This document shows, piece after piece, positions 44,731-54,770 of a stretch of 64,000 nt of DNA (position 1 is its first letter; every line of letters starts with the position of its first letter). Under the pieces are notes generated by a model. It saw only the letters and a program-made list of their open reading frames with translations. It did no database searches and was not told the origin of the DNA. The position numbers and the translations under genes were made by a program. The DNA lies in assembly GCA_963752475.1 (NCBI GenBank), contig CAVVYR010000007.1:448001-512000 (forward strand), read 5' to 3'. The stretch is from an uncultured Chloroflexia bacterium (GTDB lineage Bacteria > Chloroflexota > Limnocylindria > Limnocylindrales > CSP1-4).

Positions 44731-45069
44731 ATGCCCTTCAACGTAGGGCCTCTCGAACTCGTCATCGTGCTCGTCATCGCGCTGCTCGTCATCGGGCCCA
44801 AGCGCCTGCCTGAGATGGGCAATTCCCTGGGCAAGACCATCCGGGAGTTCCGCAACGCCTCGACGGATGTGACTGACGCCGTATCGCTCGAGCCGGAGTC
44901 CAAGCCGGCCGCCCAGCAGGCGACCGCCACCACCGCGGCTGCCTCTGCAGCAGCACCGGCCCCCTCGCAGGCCGCGGCAGCGGAACCCTCGTCCGCCGAG
45001 CCCGCGCCCGCCGAGCCCGCCGAGACGGCGGAGGCCAGCCCGGCCGACCCCAAGTCCGACGACGCCTGA
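44731..45069 (+). CDS. tatA: Twin-arginine translocase TatA
   Basis: GPLELVIVLVIALLVIGPKRLPEMGNSLGKTIREFR. Confidence 0.93.
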   Translation: MPFNVGPLELVIVLVIALLVIGPKRLPEMGNSLGKTIREFRNASTDVTDAVSLEPESKPAAQQATATTAAASAAAPAPSQAAAAEPSSAEPAPAEPAETAEASPADPKSDDA

Positions 45070-45118
45070 TCAGCGCGACGTGCGGCAGAGACCGGCACGT
45101 CCGTGACCGGCAACGACC

Positions 45119-45907
45119 ATGAGTGAGGCGGTGGAGCCGGGTCCGGTCGCGTCCAAGCCCCCGGTGATCGAGGATCCGGAGCCGTCGCCCACGCCCTCGA
45201 CGATGACGCTCGTCGACCACCTCTCGGAGCTGCGTCGCCGCATCGCCATCAGCATCGTGGCCGTCGGCATCGGTGCGGTCATCGGCTTCATCCTCGCCGA
45301 GCCCATCATCAAGCTACTGCTGACCCCGTTGCCTGATGGCGAGGTCGTGTTCCTCACCGTCGGTGGCGGCTTCTTCGTCTTCCTGCGCGTCGCGCTGATC
45401 GTGGGCGTCCTGCTGGCGCTACCGGTCGTCCTCTACCAACTGTGGGCCTTCGTCGCACCCGGGCTCCTGCCGGAAGAGCGGCGGGCGGCCCTGCCCTGGA
45501 TCCCGATGACGGTCGTCTTCTTCCTCATCGGCACCGCCGTGGCCTGGATCACGCTGCCGTATGCCGTGGGCTTCCTTATCGGCTTCGAGATCGAGGGCTC
45601 GCTGACCGCGCTGCCCAGCGCGGAGGCCTACTTCAGCTTCGTGACCATCATGTTCCTGCTGTTCGGCCTGGTCATGCAGTTTCCGATCGTGCTCATCTTC
45701 CTCGATCGCCTCGGGATCCTGAGCGTCGACCAGTTGCGCGCGATGCGCCGCTATGTGCTCCTGGGCGTGGTCATCTTCGCGGTCGTCGTCACGCCCGGCG
45801 GCGACCCCATCAGCCCCATCGTCCTATCGGGCACGATGTACGTGCTCTACGAGTTCACGATCTTCATGATGCAGCGACGCCAACGGAGGATCGAACGCGA
45901 TGCCTGA
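45119..45907 (+). CDS. tatC: Twin-arginine translocase TatC
   Basis: MTLVDHLSELRRR, YQLWAFVAPGL and VTPGGDP. Confidence 0.95.
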   Translation: MSEAVEPGPVASKPPVIEDPEPSPTPSTMTLVDHLSELRRRIAISIVAVGIGAVIGFILAEPIIKLLLTPLPDGEVVFLTVGGGFFVFLRVALIVGVLLALPVVLYQLWAFVAPGLLPEERRAALPWIPMTVVFFLIGTAVAWITLPYAVGFLIGFEIEGSLTALPSAEAYFSFVTIMFLLFGLVMQFPIVLIFLDRLGILSVDQLRAMRRYVLLGVVIFAVVVTPGGDPISPIVLSGTMYVLYEFTIFMMQRRQRRIERDA

Positions 45908-46802
45908 TCAGCCAGTGCTGCCGGACCCCGGCAACCAGCACGTCGCCATCATCACGGGGCTCTCGGGCGCCGGGAAGACCGCCGCCTCCAAGATCTTCGA
46001 GGATCTCGGCTACACCGTCGTCGACAACGTGCCCGCTGAGCTCCTGCGTGACCTCGCAGAGCTGGTCGCCAGCGACCCCGCGCGCTACGACCGCGTGGCC
46101 ATCGTGCTCGACGTCCGCGCTGGTGATGCTCCGATGGCGCTGGCGGCCGCCATGGGCGCCCTCCACGGCCGCGGCATCGAGCCCCAGATCGTCTTCCTGG
46201 AGGCTACCGACGAAGTGCTGGTGCGGCGCTACTCGGAGACCCGCCATCGCCATCCGCTCGACGACCAGAACGACGGCGTGCAGTCGGCCATCATGCGCGA
46301 GCGGATCATGCTCGACGAGATCCGCGACATGGCCCAGACGACCATCGACACCTCCGACCTCGCCTTCAAGCAGTTGCGCGAGCGCATCATCATCGCGCTC
46401 GGGGCGCAGCCGGGACCGGAGCAGCTCTCGCTGCAGGTGCTCACGTTCGGCTTCAAGTACGGTGTGCCGCTGGAGGCGGACCTCGTCTTCGACGTGCGCT
46501 TCATGGAGAACCCGTTCTACCGGCCCGAGCTGCGGGAGCACTCCGGCCAGACGGAGGACGTCCGCGAGTTCGTCCTGGGCCAGCCCATCACCGAGCAGTT
46601 CCTTGCGCACCTCGACGGCTTCTTCGCCACCGTCATCCCGGCCTACCTGGCCGAGGGCAAGACCCGCCTGACCATCGCCATCGGGTGCACGGGCGGCTTC
46701 CACCGGTCGGTGGCCATCGGCGAGGCCCTCGCCAAGCAGCTCGAGGAGCTGCACATGGGGCCGGTCAACGTGTGGCACCGCGAGCTCGAGAAACGCCGAT
46801 GA
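45900..46802 (+). CDS. rapZ: RNase adapter RapZ/YvcJ
   Basis: ITGLSGAGKT, FGFKYGVP, DVRF and IGCTGGFHRSV. Confidence 0.95.
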   Translation: MPDQPVLPDPGNQHVAIITGLSGAGKTAASKIFEDLGYTVVDNVPAELLRDLAELVASDPARYDRVAIVLDVRAGDAPMALAAAMGALHGRGIEPQIVFLEATDEVLVRRYSETRHRHPLDDQNDGVQSAIMRERIMLDEIRDMAQTTIDTSDLAFKQLRERIIIALGAQPGPEQLSLQVLTFGFKYGVPLEADLVFDVRFMENPFYRPELREHSGQTEDVREFVLGQPITEQFLAHLDGFFATVIPAYLAEGKTRLTIAIGCTGGFHRSVAIGEALAKQLEELHMGPVNVWHRELEKRR

Positions 46803-48133
46803 CGCGGCCGGGGGGTGAGGGCCGCCTGAGCCGCCTGAAGCGCTGGCTGCGGCCCGGCATGGGCGTCAAGCGCTGGCTGCTGCTGATGCTCGTGGGCCTG
46901 ACCATCCTGGCCACGGCCGGCGCGCTCTTCATCCGCATCCTCTTCCGCGAGGTCCCGGCGGACAGCGTCGCGGGCCGGCTCTTCGAGCTCGTCAGCCTCA
47001 ACTTCCTGCCCGACCCGCTGCGGCCGATCGTGGTCGTCTTCCTCGGAGCGGTCGTCTTCCTCTACGGCCTCTGGCGCCTGCTGAACGCCTTGCTCGAGCC
47101 ATTCCCTGCGCGGCGGGAGCCGCTCGTGGAGCTGGTCTACCAGAAGCGCTCGCTGGCTCGCGGCCCGCGCATCGTGGCCATCGGTGGCGGTACCGGCCAG
47201 TCCACGCTCCTGCGCGGCCTCAAGGAGGTCAGCAGCAACATCACCGCTGTCGTGACCGTGGCCGACGACGGTGGCTCGAGCGGCAAGCTGCGCGAGGAGC
47301 TGGGCGTGCCGCCGGTGGGGGACATCCGCAACTGCATCGCCGCCCTCGCCGATGCGGAGCCGGACATGAACCGCCTGATGCAGTACCGCTTCCCCACGCG
47401 TGAGGCCGAGCCCGGTGTCGCCGGCCACGCCCTGGGCAACCTGCTCATCGCGGCCATGGCCGACATCAGGGGCGACTTCGAGGAGGGCGTCCGTGGGGCC
47501 AACCACGTGCTCGCGGTGCGTGGGCAGGTCGTGCCCGTCGCGGGCGAGGCGCTCAACCTCAACGCCGAGCTGGCCGACGGCTCCGTGCTCCAGGGTCAGT
47601 CGAGCATCGGCCGCTCACGCGGGATCCGCCGGGTCTGGCTCAGCCCGGCTTCGGTCGCGGCCAGCCGTGAGGCCGTGGAGGCGATCCGCGAAGCGGACCT
47701 CATCGTGCTTGGGCCGGGTTCGCTCTACACCAGCCTGCTGCCGAGCCTGCTGGTACCGGGTATCCGCTCCGCGCTCGAGGCGGCGCGTGGGACGCGCGTC
47801 TACGTCGCGAACGTGGCCACCCAGCTCGGCGAGACCGAGGGCTACACCCTCTCGGAGCACGTGGCCGCGCTCTCGGCGCATGACGTGGGCCATCTCATCG
47901 ATGTGGTCCTGGCCAACGACGACACCAGCGCCCGCGTACCCAGCGGCTACCCCGCCGAGCCGGTGCGCATCGACCTCCCGCAGAGCGATGCCCGGCCGCG
48001 CCTGGAGCTGGCCCCGGTGGTCGACCCGTCGAACGCCCACCGCCACGATCCACAGCGACTGACGCGGGCGTTGGTGCGCCTCATCGACGAGCGGCCGGCT
48101 GCCCGCCCGGTGGCGCCGGTGCGGAGCGCCTGA
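46799..48133 (+). CDS. yvcK: YvcK/GlmR-family protein with N-terminal TM segments
   Basis: AIGGGTG, VTVADDGGSSG, GHALGNL and GPGSLYTS. Confidence 0.93.
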   Translation: MTRPGGEGRLSRLKRWLRPGMGVKRWLLLMLVGLTILATAGALFIRILFREVPADSVAGRLFELVSLNFLPDPLRPIVVVFLGAVVFLYGLWRLLNALLEPFPARREPLVELVYQKRSLARGPRIVAIGGGTGQSTLLRGLKEVSSNITAVVTVADDGGSSGKLREELGVPPVGDIRNCIAALADAEPDMNRLMQYRFPTREAEPGVAGHALGNLLIAAMADIRGDFEEGVRGANHVLAVRGQVVPVAGEALNLNAELADGSVLQGQSSIGRSRGIRRVWLSPASVAASREAVEAIREADLIVLGPGSLYTSLLPSLLVPGIRSALEAARGTRVYVANVATQLGETEGYTLSEHVAALSAHDVGHLIDVVLANDDTSARVPSGYPAEPVRIDLPQSDARPRLELAPVVDPSNAHRHDPQRLTRALVRLIDERPAARPVAPVRSA

Positions 48134-48146
48134 GCCAGCCGTCCAG

Positions 48147-48935
48147 ATGGCCGAATCACGCGAGCGCGAGCTGGCACAGACCATCCGCGCCGAGCTTGCC
48201 GCCATCGACCCACCACGTGCCTGCTGCCGCGAGGCCGAGCGCTCCGGACTCGGTGCCGCTGCCCACGGCCATGCCCGCTCGCCGGTCATCGCTCGTCTCG
48301 CCGTCCGACTGACCGAAGATGCGCTGGGGGAGGGGAGCGAGCCACGAGAGTTCGACTGGGCCGGCGCGCGGGACCATTGCCGTGCCTCCTGGCTGCGAGG
48401 TCGCTTCCTCTCGTCCGGATCGCTGAGCCTGGGTGCACGCGGTGCGCACCTCGAGTTCGTGGTCGGTTCGGATGAGGGCGAGGCGTTGCGACGCCGGCTC
48501 GATGAAGTGGGCTTCGCGACCTCGGTGCGGACGCGTCGTGGTCGCGCGGTGCTCACGAGCAAGCGCACGGACACGATCCTGGCTCTCCTGCGCTATTGCG
48601 GCGCTGGTGCCAGCGTGCTCGAGATCGAGTCGCGCCTGGTGATGCGGCAGCTGCAGGGTCACCTCAACCGTGTGCTCAACGCCGAGACCGCGAACCTCGA
48701 GCGGACCGTGGCCTCGAGCGCCCGTCAGATCGCGATCATCGATCAGCTCGAGGCCGAGGGCGGGCTGGGCGGGCTGTCGGCCGTGGATCAGTCGGTGGCG
48801 AAAGCTCGCAAGGCCGCACCGGAGGCGTCGTTCACGGAGCTCGCGGCGACGCTGGGGCTCTCTCGTGCACGTGTGCAGCGCGCCTTCGGTCGCATCGAGT
48901 CGGCGGCCATTGCCGGGAGCGCGACCGCCGACTGA
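48147..48935 (+). CDS. whiA: DNA-binding protein WhiA
   Basis: LRGRFLSSGS, HLEF and NRVLNAETANLERT; C-terminal HTH; conserved position after yvcK. Confidence 0.9.
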   Translation: MAESRERELAQTIRAELAAIDPPRACCREAERSGLGAAAHGHARSPVIARLAVRLTEDALGEGSEPREFDWAGARDHCRASWLRGRFLSSGSLSLGARGAHLEFVVGSDEGEALRRRLDEVGFATSVRTRRGRAVLTSKRTDTILALLRYCGAGASVLEIESRLVMRQLQGHLNRVLNAETANLERTVASSARQIAIIDQLEAEGGLGGLSAVDQSVAKARKAAPEASFTELAATLGLSRARVQRAFGRIESAAIAGSATAD

Positions 48936-49115
48936 CCCGGGATCGGCGGTCGCTACTGCCCGAACGCCACCGACTCAGGTCGCATCCTGGCGAGCGTGAC
49001 CGCACCCCTTCGTTCCGGGGATGCACGGCGGTCACGGCCTTGTGCCCCGAGGGACAATGGCTCCAGGCCAGTCGAGCCACTTCCCCCGGCTCCACACGTA
49101 GTCAGGGGGTACCCG

Positions 49116-50153
49116 ATGACTGGACGCTCCATCTCACAAATCATGGCCGTGCTGGCGGCTGCCACTCTGACCGCCACGCTCGCCGGAGTGGTGATCGGGG
49201 CCGATGTCGAGCGGGCCGCGAAGAAGAAGGCCCGGTGCGACGGGGTGGTGGCCACGAAGGTCGGCACCGCCAAGGCTGACGTCATCCGTGGCACCGCGGG
49301 ACGCGACATCATCGCTGGGCTCGGCGGCAACGACATCATCATCGGCCGTGGCGGCAACGACATCATCTGCGGTGGTGCGGGCAACGACCGTCTCGTCGGT
49401 GGCGCCGGCCACGACAAGCTGCTCGGCCAGACCGGCCGTGACCGCCTCTTCGGCGGGGGTGGGGTCGATCGCCTCTTCGGCGGCCTACACAACGACGTCC
49501 TCGCCGGCCAGGCCGGACCCGATGTCCTCGGCGGGGGTGCCGGGCGCGACCGGCTCGACGGCGGGGTCGGCGTCGACCTCTGCAGCCAGGGCACCGGGCA
49601 TGGGCCGATGATGCGCTGCGAGCTGCCCAAGGCGGTGTTCGCGACACCGGCACCACCGCCACCGGCACCGGCGGCAAAGGTGCTCGCCATCGCGTGGTCA
49701 GACCTCAATCGTGACTATGTCTATGGTGACGGTGACGTGATGATCGCCAAGCTCGTCGACACGAACGGTGACGAGATCCCCAGCAAGGGCGACACGATCG
49801 AGATGGGTGCACACCCCGTCACTGCCAACCCGACCAGCCCGGCTCAGTACCTCGCCTGGCGCGAGAGCAGGCACGTCGTGGCCTCGATCGTCAACCAGAC
49901 ATCGGAGTACGTGGTCGTTACGAATGAGGCGGGTGGCTTTCACACGTGGACCAAGACATCGGGGTCGTACCGCGACCAATACGACGAAGAGAGTGCGACC
50001 GGCAGCTCCGAGGTCGATGACTGGCGGGGGTACGACGAAGAGGACAGGGTCGACGTCGAGGTAGGCTCTCCGAGTCGGCCGTCCAGGACCGACTCGTGGA
50101 CCCACAAAGGCCTCGGTGACGACCTGCTCGTCGACGTGGAGCTCTACTACTAG
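49116..50153 (+). CDS. Secreted RTX-like (hemolysin-type Ca-binding repeat) protein, paralog 1
   Basis: Signal peptide, CDGVVATKVGT, GGxGxD repeats, Pro linker and an uncharacterised C-terminal domain. Confidence 0.85.
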   Translation: MTGRSISQIMAVLAAATLTATLAGVVIGADVERAAKKKARCDGVVATKVGTAKADVIRGTAGRDIIAGLGGNDIIIGRGGNDIICGGAGNDRLVGGAGHDKLLGQTGRDRLFGGGGVDRLFGGLHNDVLAGQAGPDVLGGGAGRDRLDGGVGVDLCSQGTGHGPMMRCELPKAVFATPAPPPPAPAAKVLAIAWSDLNRDYVYGDGDVMIAKLVDTNGDEIPSKGDTIEMGAHPVTANPTSPAQYLAWRESRHVVASIVNQTSEYVVVTNEAGGFHTWTKTSGSYRDQYDEESATGSSEVDDWRGYDEEDRVDVEVGSPSRPSRTDSWTHKGLGDDLLVDVELYY

Positions 50154-50176
50154 CGTCAGCTCTGCCCACCACGCTA

Positions 50177-50333
50177 TCGGCCATTCCCTGTTGGCTGAAC
50201 TCGACGTCATCGACGGGGAAGTGCTCCATCTCAGCCTCCAGCAGGCTCAGGTCGTCAGTCCGAGCCTCCACCGGGCTGAGGCCTTGCACTCGGGGCCCAG
50301 ACTGGTCGAGTTCAGCCAGCAGGTGATGGCCGA
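50177..50333. repeat. Dispersed hairpin element B, copy 2
   Basis: 29-bp inverted arms 50177-50205 and 50305-50333; ungapped match to the copy at 8976-9120 (offset 41207). Confidence 0.88.
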
Positions 50334-50450
50334 GCCACGGCACCCTCGACGGGCAGATCCCTGGGGGGTCGTCATCAGGGTGCGTCCGGCGGGCCGGATT
50401 GGTGACGTCTGGCTCGGCCGTCAAGGGTGGCCGCCGACTAGACTGGGGTC

Positions 50451-51236
50451 ATGCGACCCGTCATCATCACTGCCAACTGGAAGATGAACACCACACCCGC
50501 GGATGCCGGCCCGTTGGCCGCCGACATCGCGAAGGCCACCGACGTGGCCAACGTCACGCGCATCATCTGCCCGCCCTACACCAACATCTCCGCGGTCTCG
50601 GACGCGGTCGATGGCACCGGCATGCTCGTCGGCGCCCAGAACGTCCATGCTGAGGCCAAGGGTGCCTATACCGGCGAGATCTCCGCGGACATGCTCAAGG
50701 GCCTCGTGCCCTGGTGCATCATCGGGCACTCCGAGCGTCGTCGAGACCAGTTCGAGTCGGACGAGCTCGTGGGTCAGAAGGTCATCCGCCTCGTCGAGGC
50801 TGGCATCAGCCCCATGATGTGCTGCGGTGAGCAGCTCGAAGACCGTGAGGCAGGAAAGGCGCTCGAGACCGTGCAAGCCCAGGTGAAGGCCTCGCTCGAG
50901 ACCGTCCTGGCTGCCGGAAACGGCCTCCCGTCCGACCTCGTCATCGCCTATGAGCCCGTGTGGGCCATCGGTACCGGCAAGACCGCCACGGGTGCCGACG
51001 CGGCCGAGATGGCCACCGCCATCCGCGCTACCATCGCCGACCTCGCCGGCGCCGAGTACGCTGAGTCCGTGCCCATCCTCTACGGCGGTTCCGTCACGGC
51101 CGATTCCTTCGGCGAGTTCATCGCCGAGCCGTCGATCGATGGCGCGCTCATCGGTGGCGCGGGCCTCAAACCCGATCAGATGTCCGTCATCGCCGCGCTG
51201 GCAGCAGAGGCTGCCGCCGCTCGCGCCACCGCCTAG
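50451..51236 (+). CDS. tpiA: Triosephosphate isomerase
   Basis: ANWKMN, IIGHSERR, IAYEPVWAIGTG and YGGSV. Confidence 0.98.
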   Translation: MRPVIITANWKMNTTPADAGPLAADIAKATDVANVTRIICPPYTNISAVSDAVDGTGMLVGAQNVHAEAKGAYTGEISADMLKGLVPWCIIGHSERRRDQFESDELVGQKVIRLVEAGISPMMCCGEQLEDREAGKALETVQAQVKASLETVLAAGNGLPSDLVIAYEPVWAIGTGKTATGADAAEMATAIRATIADLAGAEYAESVPILYGGSVTADSFGEFIAEPSIDGALIGGAGLKPDQMSVIAALAAEAAAARATA

Positions 51237-51317
51237 CCCACCGCCTCGCGCCCCCTCGCGCCACACAGCCCGGAGCGGCAACGCTTCGGGCGCCCTGCTG
51301 AAAGGGAGGAACCCTAC

Positions 51318-52895
51318 GTGACCACCAGGACCGAGCGACCCTGCCCGGTCGTGCTCGTCGTCGTCGACGGCTTCGGGTACGGACCCGAGCCCGCTGTCGA
51401 TGCCATCGCCGCTGCCGATATGCCTCGCTGGCGAGCGCTGCTCGACGAATGGCCCCACTCCAAGCTCGATGCCTCCGCGCTGGCCGTCGGTCTGCCCGAG
51501 GGGCAGATGGGCAACAGCGAGGTCGGCCATCTCAACATCGGCGCCGGCCGACCCGTGCTGCAGGACCTGCCGCGCATCGACGCCGAGATCGCTGACGGCA
51601 CGTTCAAGGCGAACGAGGTCTTGCTGGCGGCGGTCAAGAAGGCTGCCGCGCCTGGCGCTCGTCTCCATCTGGTCGGGCTCATCGGTCCCGGCGGCGTCCA
51701 CTCCACCGACGGTCACGCCGTGGCCATCGCGGAGCTGGCTCGCGAGGCCGGCGCCGAGGACGTCGTCGTCCATGGACTGCTCGACGGTCGCGACACCCCG
51801 CCTCGCTCGGCCGACGGCTTCATCCCCGACTTCGAGCGCCGGTTGTCCGCCGTCCACCCGAGCGCACGCTTCGCCATGATCGGCGGCCGCTACTACGGCA
51901 TGGACCGCGACAAGCGTTGGGAGCGGACCAAGGCCTGGTACGACGCCATGGTCCACGGCATCGGCTATGGGACCGAGGCCGCCGACTCCGCCGAGGCCGC
52001 CCTGGCTGCCGCCTACGAGCGTGGTGAGAACGACGAGTTCGTCAAGCCCACGCTCATCGACGGCGTCGACGGCACCGTCCGCGACGGCGACGTCGTCATC
52101 CACTTCAACTTCCGCGCCGACCGCGCGCGCCAGCTGACCCACGCCCTGGTCGACCGGGACTTCGAGTCCTTCGATCGTGGTGAGCCCGTCTTCCCGACGG
52201 TGGTCACGCTGACCGAGTACGAGGGTGGCCTGCCCGTCGAGGTGGCCTATCCGCCGATGGTCGTGGCCAGCCTCGCGGAGGTCGTCTCGGGCCTTGGCTG
52301 GAAGCAGTTCCACGTGGCCGAGACCGAGAAGTACGCGCACGTCACGTACTTCATGAACGGCGGCGTGGAGACGGCCTGGCCGGGCGAGGACCGCAAGCTC
52401 GTGCCCTCACCCAAGGTGGCCACGTACGACCTTGAGCCTGAGATGAGTGCGCAGGGCGTGGCCGACGAGATCGTCAAGGCGGTCGAGTCCAGCAAGTACG
52501 ACCTCATCATCGCCAACTTCGCCAATCCCGACATGGTCGGCCACACGGGAGTGTGGGACGCGACGGTGGAGGCCTGCACGTTCCTCGACGGGCGCCTCGG
52601 TGAGGTCGCCGACGCGGTCCTGGCAGCCGACGCGAGGTCGATCGCCGAAGGTGGTCAGGGCGCGATCCTTGCCGTCACCGCCGACCACGGCAACGCCGAC
52701 GTGATGAAGGACGCTGACGGCAATCCCGTCACCAAGCACTCGCTGAGCCTGGTGCCGTTCTTGCTGCTGGGCACTCCCGTCAAGGGCAAGTCCCTGGCTG
52801 ACGGCGTCTTGGCTGACGTCACACCCACGCTCATGGCGCTCACCGGCGTCTCGCCGGCCGAGGGCATGAGCGGACGGCCGCTGCTGGAGGATTAG
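51318..52895 (+). CDS. gpmI: 2,3-bisphosphoglycerate-independent phosphoglycerate mutase
   Basis: MGNSEVGH, DGRDTPP, AETEKYAHVT, NPDMVGHTG and TADHGNA. Confidence 0.98.
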   Translation: MTTRTERPCPVVLVVVDGFGYGPEPAVDAIAAADMPRWRALLDEWPHSKLDASALAVGLPEGQMGNSEVGHLNIGAGRPVLQDLPRIDAEIADGTFKANEVLLAAVKKAAAPGARLHLVGLIGPGGVHSTDGHAVAIAELAREAGAEDVVVHGLLDGRDTPPRSADGFIPDFERRLSAVHPSARFAMIGGRYYGMDRDKRWERTKAWYDAMVHGIGYGTEAADSAEAALAAAYERGENDEFVKPTLIDGVDGTVRDGDVVIHFNFRADRARQLTHALVDRDFESFDRGEPVFPTVVTLTEYEGGLPVEVAYPPMVVASLAEVVSGLGWKQFHVAETEKYAHVTYFMNGGVETAWPGEDRKLVPSPKVATYDLEPEMSAQGVADEIVKAVESSKYDLIIANFANPDMVGHTGVWDATVEACTFLDGRLGEVADAVLAADARSIAEGGQGAILAVTADHGNADVMKDADGNPVTKHSLSLVPFLLLGTPVKGKSLADGVLADVTPTLMALTGVSPAEGMSGRPLLED

Positions 52896-52984
52896 CCGAG
52901 CTCGGGTGCCGCCCCTGAGAGGAGGTGGCGCCCAAAGCCGTGCTACCCTCTCGGTCGAACCAACGACAGGAGTCGACTCCCACC

Positions 52985-53206
52985 TTGGACATCTTTCTTT
53001 TCTTCGCGCTGCTGGTCACGGCCATCGGCCTGATCGCTTCGATCCTCATGCAGTCGCGTGGCTCGGGCCTGGGCGCCACCTTCGGTGGTGGTGACACGTC
53101 CAGCTTCCGCACTCGCCGTGGGGTGGAGCAGCGTCTCTATCAGTTCACGATCGTGCTGTCGGTCCTTTTTGTGACCGTGAGCATGCTCATCTACATCGCG
53201 GAGTAG
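52985..53206 (+). CDS. secG: Preprotein translocase subunit SecG
   Basis: ILMQSRGSGLGATFGG...TRRGVE; two TM helices; TTG start behind AGGAG. Confidence 0.92.
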   Translation: MDIFLFFALLVTAIGLIASILMQSRGSGLGATFGGGDTSSFRTRRGVEQRLYQFTIVLSVLFVTVSMLIYIAE

Positions 53207-53305
53207 GCCCACTACCTGCTCTGATACACCGATGGGACCCGAGGGCGTTCCAAGCCTTCGTGCTACCATCTTCTCTCGCTCGATGGAGCGTGTGATCGTC
53301 GACGG

Positions 53306-53394
53306 GCCGCGGTGGCGGAATAGGCAGACGCGCTAGGTTCAGGACCTAGTGAGCATTACAGCTCGTGTGGGTTCAAGTCCCTCCCGCGGTACCA
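53306..53394 (+). tRNA. tRNA-Leu(CAG)
   Basis: CTAGG-TTCAGGA-CCTAG anticodon arm, long variable arm, CCA end. Confidence 0.96.
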
Positions 53395-53417
53395 CTCACG
53401 ATCACGGACGTACACCT

Positions 53418-53502
53418 GCCCAGGTGGCGGAATTGGTATACGCGCACGTTTGAGGGGCGTGTGAGGCAACTCATCCGGGTTCAAGTCCCGGCCTGGGCAC
53501 CA
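53418..53502 (+). tRNA. tRNA-Leu(GAG)
   Basis: CACGT-TTGAGGG-GCGTG anticodon arm, long variable arm, CCA end. Confidence 0.96.
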
Positions 53503-53563
53503 CTCCTCCTTCCCTGATGCTCACCCCGCGTGAGGCCGTGCTCGGCGCTACCATCGGCACATC

Positions 53564-53640
<77 letters not shown>

Positions 53641-53777
53641 CATGGCCGCCCACGAGCACGTCGTCATCACCGGCGTCCATCCCTCCTTGGGAGGCGGGCC
53701 TCGCCGTATCTCGGGAGCCACCCGACCGCAGCGATGAGGTCTACGATGGCCGCATGAAACCATCGGAGGACTGACTC

Positions 53778-54770
53778 ATCCGCTCGCTCGCTATCGCTCT
53801 GGCCCTCACCCTTGCCCTGCCGGCCGTCGTGCTGGCGCAGGAACCCACCGAAGAGACCGCTTGGCCCTCGGCCGACGAGCTTCGTGCCGAGCTCCAGGCC
53901 ATCGGCTTCGAATTCACTTTCGACGGCGCGGGCCGCGCACAGCTGCCCGAGTTCCGTCCTGAGCTGCCCGCGCTGTGGACCCTGACCGAGCCCGCGCTCG
54001 ACGGCGACGAACTGCCTGACGGACAGGGCCTGGCCCCGTTCACGCTCCAGCTCATCGACGACGGCAGTGGCGACGCGCACTTGCTCTTCGCCGCCACGAG
54101 CGCAGATGAGGGCGACGGTGAGATCGCGACCATCGCCACGACGCTGATGGAGATCGAATCCCGGCTGCCAGACGGCAACGGCCTCGATGAGGTCGTCTGG
54201 TTCCTGGGCAACAAGTGGCAGTCCGACGGCGAGCGCTCGGCCGCACCCTGCGTGTATGCCGAGTCCGATGGCGGCGTGATGCTGGCCTGGTTCGGCGGCG
54301 AAGGTGAAGAGGTCACCACGTTCTTCGGCACGGTCGGCCCCAGCATGGTCCTGCCGGAGGAGCTCGAGCTGTGCAAGCAGACCCTGGCCCAGGCCGAGGG
54401 CGCTGCACCCGACGCCAGTGCGGACGAGACCACCGACGAGACCACGATCGAGCCGAGCGTCGACTTCAGCGTCCCGCCGGAGGAAGCGGTCGACATCATC
54501 GAGGCCGGGACCCACACGATCATCGACGTGCGTTCCCCGGCCGAGTACGACCAGGCGCACATCGTCGGTGCCGTCAACATCGATGTGGAGTCACCCGACT
54601 TCGTCGACCGTATCACCGAGCTCGACCCGGACGAGCCACACCTGCTGTACTGCCGCAGCGGCCGCCGCAGCGACCTGGCCGCGCAGCAGATGGCGGCGGC
54701 CGGCTTCACCGACATCACCGACGCAGCCGGCCTGGCGGACCTGGCCAGGGCCGGGGCGCCGATCGAGTAG
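53778..54770 (+). CDS. Exported rhodanese-domain protein (start codon uncertain, apparently ATC)
   Basis: C-terminal IIDVRSPAEY...HIVGA...YCRSGRRS; the signal peptide RSLAIALALTLALPAVVLA is in frame upstream of the called GTG. Confidence 0.8.
   Translation: MRSLAIALALTLALPAVVLAQEPTEETAWPSADELRAELQAIGFEFTFDGAGRAQLPEFRPELPALWTLTEPALDGDELPDGQGLAPFTLQLIDDGSGDAHLLFAATSADEGDGEIATIATTLMEIESRLPDGNGLDEVVWFLGNKWQSDGERSAAPCVYAESDGGVMLAWFGGEGEEVTTFFGTVGPSMVLPEELELCKQTLAQAEGAAPDASADETTDETTIEPSVDFSVPPEEAVDIIEAGTHTIIDVRSPAEYDQAHIVGAVNIDVESPDFVDRITELDPDEPHLLYCRSGRRSDLAAQQMAAAGFTDITDAAGLADLARAGAPIE

Noticed and set aside
44731-45907. Absence of tatB
   Set aside because: Minimal TatAC systems are normal in monoderm bacteria.
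53772-53774. Selenocysteine TGA in the rhodanese gene
   Set aside because: The TGA lies before the signal peptide rather than at a catalytic Cys position, and no SECIS-like hairpin is evident.
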